The notes under the pieces: model-generated
The model's database searches: none
What the model saw: only the letters and a program-made list of their open reading frames with translations
Told to the model about the DNA's origin: nothing
Assembly: GCA_043228905.1 (NCBI GenBank)
Contig: JBHGNT010001381.1
Span: 1-9,183, forward strand
DNA: 9,183 nucleotides
Source: Azolla caroliniana
Lineage: Eukaryota; Plantae; Polypodiophyta
Direction of reading: 5' to 3'
Translations under genes and position numbers: made by a program
Part shown: one piece after another, positions 1-8,399 of the stretch
Numbering within the stretch: position 1 is the stretch's first letter
Layout: the number at the start of each line of letters is the position of its first letter

Positions 1-831
1 AAATGTTTATAAATGGCTCGTGTGATATCGGATTTTGGTGTTTGAACTTGCGAATCGAAGGTAACAAAGTGGTCTATTACAGATAATGGAAAAATCAAGA
101 TTTTGAAACTCAGGTCGAGAGATATGAAGAAAAAAGTAAATTTGAGGAAGGCGTAGACAAGAGCTCCTCAATAAATTGAAATGTTTATAAATGGCTCGTG
201 TGATATCGGATTTTGGTGTTTGAACTTGCGAATCGAAGGTAACAAAGTAGTCTATTACAGATAATTGAAAAATCAAGATTTTGAAACTCAGGTCGAGAGA
301 TATAAAGAAAAAAGTAAATTTGAGGAAGGCGTAAACAAGAGCTCCTTAGTGAATGGAAATGTTTATAATCTAGAATTGAAAAATCAAGATTTTGAATATC
401 AGGTCGAGAGATATGAAGAAAAAAACAAATTTGAGGAAGCCGTAGACAAGAGCTCTTCAATAAAGGAAAATGTTCATAGATGGCTCGTGCAATATCGGAT
501 TTTAGTGTCTGAACTTGCGAATCGAAGGTAACACAGTGGTCTATAATATAGAATTGAAAATCAAGATTTTGAAACTTAGGTCGGGAGATATGAGGAAAAA
601 AGCAAATTTGAGGAAGGCGTAGACAAGAGCTCCTCAATAAATTGAAATGTTTATAAATGGCTCGTGTGATATCGGATTTTGGTGTTTGAACTTGCGAATC
701 GAAGGTAACAAAGTAGTCTATTACAGATAATGGAAAAATCAAGATTTTGAAACTCAGGTCGAGAGATACAAAGAAAAAAGCAAATTTGAGGAAGGCGTAG
801 ACAAGAGCTCCTTAGTGAATGGAAATGTTTA
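1..831 (-). repeat. 178-bp satellite array, left arm (reverse orientation relative to the rest of the window), about 5 monomers including one truncated
   Basis: The GAGCTC landmark recurs at 161, 339, 450, 627 and 805 (spacings 178, 111, 177, 178). The sequence is the reverse complement of the monomer seen from 832 onward, e.g. GAGGAAGGCGTAGACAAGAGCTC here vs GAGCTCTTGTCTACGCCTTCCTC there. Strand is assigned relative to the majority orientation. Confidence 0.97.
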
Positions 832-834
832 TAA
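141..834 (-). repeat. 466-bp-offset higher-order duplication in the left arm (141-368 matches 607-834)
   Basis: Landmark offsets are 627-161 = 805-339 = 466. By eye there are 4 substitutions over 228 bp. The copies share the variants CTCCTCAATAAATTG and CTCCTTAGTGAATGG. Confidence 0.8.
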
Positions 835-849
835 ACATTTCCATTCACT
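814..849. repeat. Perfect 36-bp spacer-less palindrome marking the array inversion junction (axis between 831 and 832)
   Basis: AGTGAATGGAAATGTTTA|TAAACATTTCCATTCACT pairs perfectly. The first mismatch is 813/850, then pairing is perfect again out to 788/875, and the inverted homology continues as satellite. Confidence 0.97.
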
Positions 850-1196
850 GAGGAGCTCTTGTCTACGCCTTCCTCCAATTTGCTTTTCTCTTCATATCTC
901 TCGACCTGAGTTTCAAAATCTTGAATTTTCAATTATCTATAATAGACTACTTCGTTACCTTCGATTCGCAAGTTCAAACACCAAAATCCGATATTGCACG
1001 AGCCATTTATGAACATTTTCCTTTATTGAAGAGCTCTTGTCTACGCCTTCCTCAAATTTGTTTTTTCTTCATATCTCTCGACCTGAAATTCAAAATCTTG
1101 ATTTTCCAATTCTATATTATAGACTACTTCGTTACCTTCGATTCGCAACTTCGAACACGAAAATCCGATATCGTACGAGCTATCTATGAAAATTTC

Positions 1197-1262
1197 CATT
1201 CATAGAGGAGCTTTTGTCTACGCCTTCCTCATTTATTAAGGAGCTCTTGTCTACGCCTTCCT
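1197..1262 (+). repeat. 33-bp sub-monomer tandem (equivalent to a 145-bp deletion between adjacent monomers)
   Basis: CATTCATAGAGGAGCTTTTGTCTACGCCTTCCT is followed by CATTTATTAAGGAGCTCTTGTCTACGCCTTCCT; landmarks at 1208 and 1241. Confidence 0.88.
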
Positions 1263-2500
1263 CAAATTTGCTTTTTTCTTCATGTCTCTCGACCTGAGTT
1301 TCAAAATCTTGATTTTTCAATTCTATACTATAGACGACTTCGTTACCTTCGAGTCGCAAGTTCCAACACCAAAATCTGATATTGCACGAGCCATCGATGA
1401 ACATTTTCCTTTATTGAAGAGCTCTTGTCTACGCGTTCCTCAAATTTGCTTTTTTTTTCATATCTCTCAACCTGAGTTTCGAAATCTTGAATTTTCAATT
1501 ATCTATAATAGACTACTTCGTTACCTTCGATTCGCAAGTTCAAACACCAAAACCGATATTGCACGAGCCATCTATGAACATTTTCCTTTATTGAAGAGGT
1601 CTTGTCTACGCCTTCTTCAAAAAATAATTTCTCTTCATATCTCTCGACCTAACATTTCCATTCATTGAGGAGCTCTTGTCTACGCCTTCCTCAAATTTGC
1701 TTCTTCTTCATTAATTTTCAAAATTATTAATTTTCCATTCTATATTATAGACTACTTCGTTAGCTTCGATTAGAAAGTTTAAACACCTAAATCTGATATC
1801 ACACGAGCCATCTATGTACATTTTCATTCATTAAGGACCTCTTGTGTACGCCTTCCTCAAATTTGCTTTTTTTATCATCTCTCTTAACCTGAGATTCAAA
1901 ATCATGATTTTTCAATTTTATATTATGGACTACTTCGTTAGCTTCGATTCGCAAGTTTCAACACCAAAATCCAATATCACACGCGCCATCTATGAACATT
2001 TTCATTCATAGAGGAACTCTTGTCTACGCCTTCCTCAAATTTCGCAAGTATAAAGACCATAATCCAATATCACACGCACCATCTATGAACATTTTCATTC
2101 ATTCAGGACCTCTTGTGTACGCCTTCCTCAAACTTCCTTTTTTTTCATGTCTCTCGATCTGAGTTTCAAAATCATGATTCTTCAATTCCATATTATAGAC
2201 TACTTCGTTAGCTTCGACTCATGAGTTTAAAAACCTAAATCCGATATCACATGAGCCATCTATGATCATTTTCATGCATTGAGGAGCTCTTGTCTACGCC
2301 TTCCTCAAATTTGCTTTTTTCCTCATGTCTCTTAACCTGAGTTTCAAAATCTTAATTTTTCAATTTTATATTATAGAGTACTTCGTTAGCTTTGATTCGA
2401 AAGTTTAAACACGCAAATCCAATATCACACGAGCCATCTATGAACATTTTCATTCATTGAGGAACTCTTGTCCCCACTTTCCTCTTATTTGCTTTTTTCC

Positions 2501-2680
2501 TCATGACTGTGGAACTGAGTTTACAAATCTTGATTGTGCAATTCTATATTATAGACTACTTGATACCTTCGATTCGCAAGTTTAAACACTAAAATCCGAT
2601 ATCACACGAGCCGTCTATGAACATTTTCATTCATTGAGGACCTCTTGTCTACATCTTCCTCAAATTTGCTTTTCTTTTTG
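2501..2680 (+). repeat. Distinctive variant monomer, copy 1 (copy 2 at about 3682-3861; partial copy at about 7163-7243)
   Basis: Shared rare variants are GAC(T/A)GTGGAACTGAG, TGCAATT, ACTTGATACC, GAGCCGTCTATG and GGACCTC...TCTTCC. The offset to copy 2 is 1181. Confidence 0.85.
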
Positions 2681-4249
2681 TGTCTCTCGATTTGGGTTTC
2701 AAAATATTGATTTTTCAATTCTATATTATAGACTACTTCGTTAGCTTCGATTCACGAGTTTAAACACCTAAATCCGATATCACATGAGCCATCTATGATC
2801 ATTTTCATGCATTGAGGAGCTCGTCTACGCCTTCCTCAAAGATGCTTTTTTATTCATGTCTCTCGGCCTGAGTTTTAAAATCATGATTTTTTAATTCCAT
2901 ATTATAGACTATTTTGCTAGCTTCGATTCGCAAGTTCAAACACCAAAATCTGATATACCACGAGCCATCTACGAACATTTTCATTCATTGAGGAGGTCTT
3001 GTCTACGCCTTCTTCAAATTTGCTTTTTTCCTCATGTCTCTTAACCTGAGTTTCAAATTTTGGATTTTTCAATTGTAAATTATAGACTACTTTGTTAGTT
3101 TCGATTCGCAAGTTTAAACACCAAAATCGGATATCACACGAGCCATCTATGAATATTTTCATTCATTGAGGACCTCTTGGCTACGGTTTCCTCAAATTTG
3201 CTATTCCATTTGCTTCATGATTCGCAAGATTAAACACCAAAATCCAATATCACATACACCATCTATGAAAATTTTTATTCATTGAGGAGCTCTTGTCTAC
3301 GCCTTCCTCAAGCTTGCTTTTTTCTTCATGTCTTTCAATCTTTGTTTGAAAATCATGATTTTTCAATTCCATATTATAGACTATTTCGCTAGCTTCGATT
3401 CGCAAGTTTAAACACCAAAATCTGATATCCCACGAGCCATGTATGAACATTTTCATTTATTGAGGAGCTCTTGTCTACGCCTTCCGCAAATTTGCTTTTT
3501 TCCTCATGTCTCTTAGCCTGAGTTTCAAAATCTTAATTTCTCAATTTTATATTATAGACTATCTCGTGAGCTTCAATTCGAAAGTTTAAACACCTAAATC
3601 CGATATCACACGACACATCTATGAACATTTTGATTCATTGAGGAGCTCTTGTCTACGCCTTCCTCAAATTTGCTTTTTTCTTCACGACAGTGGAACTGAG
3701 TTTGAAAATCTTGATTTTGCAATTTTATATGATAGACTACTTGATACCTTTGATTCGCAAGTTTAACCACCAAAATCAGATATTACAGGAGCCGTCTATG
3801 AACACTTTCATTCATTGAGGACCTCTTGTCTACGTCTTCCTCAAATTTGCTTTTCTTTTCATTTCTCTCAACCTGAATTTGAAAATCATGATTTTTCAAT
3901 TTTATATTATAGACTACTTCGTTAGCTTCGATTCAACACAAGTTTAAACGCCAAAATCTAATATCACACGAGTTGTTTATCAACATTTTCATTCATTGAG
4001 GGCCTCTTCTCTACGCCTTCCTCAAATTTGCTTTTTTCCTCATGTCTCTTAACCTGAATTTCAAAATCTTGACTTTTCAATTCTATATTATAGACTACTT
4101 CGATAGCTTCGATTCGCGAGTTTAAACACCTAAATCCGATATTACATGAGCCATCTATGATCATTTTCATGCATTGAGAAACTCTTGTCTACGCCTTCCT
4201 CAAAGTTGCTTTTTTCTTCATTTCTCTCGACGTGAGCTTTAAAAATCTT

Positions 4250-4770
4250 GATTTTTCAATTTTATATTATAGACTACTTCGCTAGCTCCGATTCGCAAGA
4301 TTAAACACCAAAATCCAATATCACACGCACCATCTATGAACATTTTCATTCATTGAGGAGCTCTTGTCTACGCTTTCCTAAAACTTGGTTTTTTCATTAT
4401 GTCTGTCGACTTGAGTTTCAAAATCATGATTTTTCAATTACATATTATAGATTACTTCGTTAGCTTCTATTCACAAGTTTAAACACCAAAATCCGATATC
4501 CCACGAGCCATCTATGAACATTTTCATGCATTGAGTAGTTCTTGCCTACGCCTTCCTCAAAGTTGCTTTTTTCTTAATGTCTCTCGACCTGAGTTTCCAA
4601 ATCTAGATTTTTGAATTCTATATTATATACTACTTCGTTACCTTCCATTGGCATCTTTATACACCAAAATGCGATATCACACGAGCCATATATGAATATT
4701 TTTATTCATTGAGGAGCTCTTGTCTACGCCATCCTCAAATTTTCTTTTTTCCTCATGTCTCTTAACCTGA
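4250..4770 (+). repeat. Three-monomer higher-order block, copy 1
   Basis: Collinear with 6186-6706 at offset 1936. Shared rare variants are GCTCCGATTCGCAAGATT, CATTATGTCTGTCGAC, AGTTCTTG and ATTGGCATCTTTATACACCAAAATGCG. About 20 mismatches in 521 bp by manual count. Confidence 0.92.
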
Positions 4771-6185
4771 GATTCAAAATGATGATATTTTAAATCCATA
4801 TTATAGACTACTTCGGTAGCTTCCATTCGGAAGTTTAAACACCAAAATCCGATATCATATGAGCCATCTATGAACATTTTCATTCATTGAGGAGCTCTTG
4901 TCTACGCCTTTCTCAAATTTGCTTTTTTCCTCATGTCTCTCTACCTGAATTTCAAAATCTTGATTTTTCAATTCGATATTATAGACTACTTCGTTACTTT
5001 CGATTCACTATTTTAAACACCTAAATCCGATATCACACGAGCCATCTATGAATATTTTCATTCATTGAGGAGCTCTTGTCTACGCCTTCCTCAAATTTGC
5101 TTTTTTCTTCATGTCTCTCGACCTGAGTTTCAAAATCTTGATTTTTCAATTATCTATAATAGACTACTTCGTTACCTTCAATTCGCAAGTTCCAACACCA
5201 AAATCCGATATTGCACGAGCCATCTATGTTCATTTTCATGCATTCAGGAGCTCTTGTCTTCGCCTTCCTCAAACTTGGTTTTTTCTTCATGTCTCTCGAC
5301 CTGAGTTTCAAAATCTTCATTTTTCAATTCTATATTATAGACTACTTCATACCTTCGATTCGCAAGTTTAAACACCAAAATCCGATATCACACGAGTCAT
5401 CTATGAACATTTTCATTCATTGAGGACCCCCTTGTCAACGGCTTCCTCAAATTTGCTTTTTTTTTCATGTCTCTCGACCTGAGTTTCAAAATCTTGATTT
5501 TTCAATTCTATATTATAGACTACTTCGTTAGCTTCGAGTCACGAGTTTAAACACGTAAATCCGATATCACACGAGCCATTTATGAACATTTTTATTCATT
5601 GAGGAGCTCTTGTCTACGCCTTCCTCAAAGTTGCTTTTTTCTTCATGTCTCTTGACCTAAGTTTCAAAATCTTAATTTTTCAATTCTATATTATAGACTA
5701 CTTCCTTACCTTCGATTCGAAAGTGTAAACCCCAAAATCCGATACCACACGAGCTAGCTATGAACGTTTTCTATCATTAAGGAGCTCTTGTCTACGCCTT
5801 CCTCAAATTTGCTTTTTTCTTCATGTCTCTAGACCTCAGTTTTAAAATGTTCATCTTCCAATTTTAAATTACAAACTACTTCGTTAGCTTCGATTCACGA
5901 ATTTAAACACCTAAATCCGATATCACACGAGCCATCTATGAACATTTTGATTCATTTAGGAGCTCTTGTCTACGCCTTCCTCAAAGATGCTTTTTTTTTC
6001 GTGTCTCTCGACCTGAGTTGGAAAATCATGATTTTTTAATTCCATATTATAGACTATTTCACTAGCTTCCATTCGCAAGTTTAAACACCAAAATCCGATA
6101 TCCCACGAGCCATTTATGAGCATCTTCATTCATTGAGGAGCTCTTGTCTACGCCTTCCTCAAATTTGCTTTTCAATTTGCTTCAT

Positions 6186-6706
6186 GATTTTTCAATTTTA
6201 TATTATAGACTACTTCGTTAGCTCCGATTCGCAAGATTAAACACCAAAATCCAATATCACACGCACCATCTATGAACATTTTCATTCATTGAGGAGATCT
6301 TGTCTACGCCTTCCTCAAACTAGGTTTTTTCATTATGTCTGTCGACCTGAGTTTCAAAATCATGATTTTTATATTACATATTATAGATTACTTCGTTAGC
6401 TTCTATTCGCAAGTTTAAACACCAAAATCCGATATCCCACGAGCCATCTATGAACATTTTCACGCATTGAGCAGTTCTTGTCTACGCCTTCCTCAAAGTT
6501 GCTTCTTTCTTAATGTCTCTCGACCTGAGTTTCCAAATCTTGATTTCTGAATTCTATATTATATACTACTTCGGTACCTTCGATTGGCATCTTTATACAC
6601 CAAAATGCGATATCACACGAGCCATCTATGAATATTTTTATTCATTGAGGAGCTCTTGTCTACGCCTTCCTCAAATTTGCTTTTTTCCTCATGTCTCTTA
6701 ACCTGA
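6186..6706 (+). repeat. Three-monomer higher-order block, copy 2
   Basis: Same diagnostic variants in the same order as 4250-4770. Confidence 0.92.
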
Positions 6707-6770
6707 ATTTCAAAATCTTGAATTTTCAATTCTAGACCTGAGATTCAAAATCATGATTTTCCAATTGTAT
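6701..6770 (+). repeat. 35-bp internal tandem duplication within a monomer
   Basis: ACCTGAATTTCAAAATCTTGAATTTTCAATTCTAG is followed by ACCTGAGATTCAAAATCATGATTTTCCAATTGTAT. Landmark spacing 6650 to 6863 is 213 = 178 + 35. Confidence 0.88.
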
Positions 6771-7066
6771 ATTATAGACTACTTCGTTAGCTTCGATTTG
6801 CAAGTTTAAACACCAAAATCCGATATCCCACGAGCCATCTATGAACATTTTCATTCATTGAGGAGCTCTTGTCTACGCCTTCCTCAAATTTGCTTTATTC
6901 CTCATGTCTCTTAACCTGAGTTTCAAAATCTTGAATTTTCAATTCTATATTATAGACTACTTCGTTAGCTTCGAATCGCGAGTTTAAACACCTATATCTG
7001 ATATCACACGAGCCATCTATGATCATTCTCATGGATTTAGGAGCTCTTGTCTACGCCTTCCTCAAA

Positions 7067-7118
7067 ATCCGAGTTTAGGATTTAGGGTTTAGAAGCTCAA
7101 GTCTACGCCTATTATCAT
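7067..7118 (+). other. Complex insertion (net about +44 bp) containing three degenerate TTTAGGG-like heptamers and a re-copied piece of the monomer
   Basis: After CCTTCCTCAAA the sequence reads ATCCGAG TTTAGGA TTTAGGG TTTAGAA GCTCAAGTCTACGCCT ATTATCAT, then resumes at TTTCTTCATGTC. The GAGCTC-to-CATGTC distance is 84 instead of 40. Confidence 0.85.
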
Positions 7119-8399
7119 TTTCTTCATGTCTCTCGACCTGAGTTTCAAAATCTTGATTTCTCAATTCTATATTATAGACTACTTGATACCTTCGATTCGC
7201 AAGTTTAAACACTAAAATCCGATATCACACGAGCCGTCTATGAGCCTGAGGAGCTCTTGTCTACGCCTTCCTTACCTTCGATTCACAAGTTTAAACACCA
7301 AAATCCAATATCACACGCACCATCTATAAACATTTTCATTCATTGAGGAGCTCTTGTCTACGCTTTCCTCAAACTTGCTTTTTTCTTAATGTCTCTCGAC
7401 CTGAGTTTCAAAATCATGATTTTTCAATTCTACATTATCGACTACTTCGTTACCTTCGATTCGCAAGTTTAAACACCAAAATTCGATATCACACACGCCC
7501 CCTATGAACATTTCCATTCATTGATGAACTCTTGTCAACGCCATCCTTAAATTTGCTTTTTTCCTCATGTCTCTTGACCTAAGTTTCAAAATCTTTATTT
7601 TTCAATTGTATATTATAGACTACTTCGTTAGCTTCGATTCGCAAGTTTAAACACCAAAATCCGATATCACACGAGCCATCTATGAACATTTTCATTCACT
7701 GAGAAGCTCTTGTCTACGCCTTTTTTCAAATTTGCTGTTTTCTTCATGTCTCTTGACCTGAGTTTCAAAATCTTCATTTTTCAATTCTATATTATAGACT
7801 ACTTCGTTAGCTTCGATTCGCAAGTTTAAACGCATAAATACGATATCACACGGGCCATCTATGAACATTTTCCTTCATTGAGGAGCTCTTGTCTACGCCT
7901 TCCTTACCTTGTATTCGCAAGTTTAAACACCTAAATCCGATATCACACGAGCCATCTATGAACATTTTCATTCATTGAGAAGCTCTTGTCTACGCCTTCG
8001 TAAAATATTCTTTTTTACTCACGTTTCTCGACTTGAGTTTGAAAATCTTGATTTTTCAATTCTACATTATCGACTACTTCGTTACCTTCGATTCGCGAGT
8101 TTAAACACCTAAATCTGATATCACACGAGCCATCTATGAACACTTTCATTCATTGAGGAGCTCTTGTCTACGCCTTCCTCATATTTGCTTATTTCCTTAT
8201 GTCTCTTGACCTGAGTTTCAAAATCTTTGATTTTTCAATTCTATATTATAGACTACTTCGTTACCTTCGATTCGAGGGTTTAAATACGAAAAATCAGATA
8301 TCACACGAGCCATGTATGAACATTTTAATTCACTGAGGAGCTCTTGTTTACGCCTTCCTCAAATTTGCTTTTTTCTTCATGTCCCTCGACCTGATTTTC

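Noticed and set aside
814-849. Rho-independent terminator, or hairpin telomere / protelomerase site
   Set aside because: The palindrome is fully explained by the satellite inversion, there is no gene context, and the arms diverge beyond the core rather than mirroring exactly.
1-1663. Foldback transposon or MITE with long terminal inverted repeats
   Set aside because: The inverted arms are ordinary satellite monomers with no defined termini, target-site duplication or transposase.
1755-1771. CENP-B-box-like 17-mer (consensus CTTCGTTAGCTTCGATT vs human CTTCGTTGGAAACGGGA)
   Set aside because: Only 6 of the 9 essential bases match (TTCG and CG); the required A and GG are absent, so binding cannot be claimed.
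7074-7094. A true interstitial telomeric array or chromosome-fusion site
   Set aside because: There is only one perfect heptamer with two degenerate neighbours, in a single orientation; kept only as a repair-scar finding.
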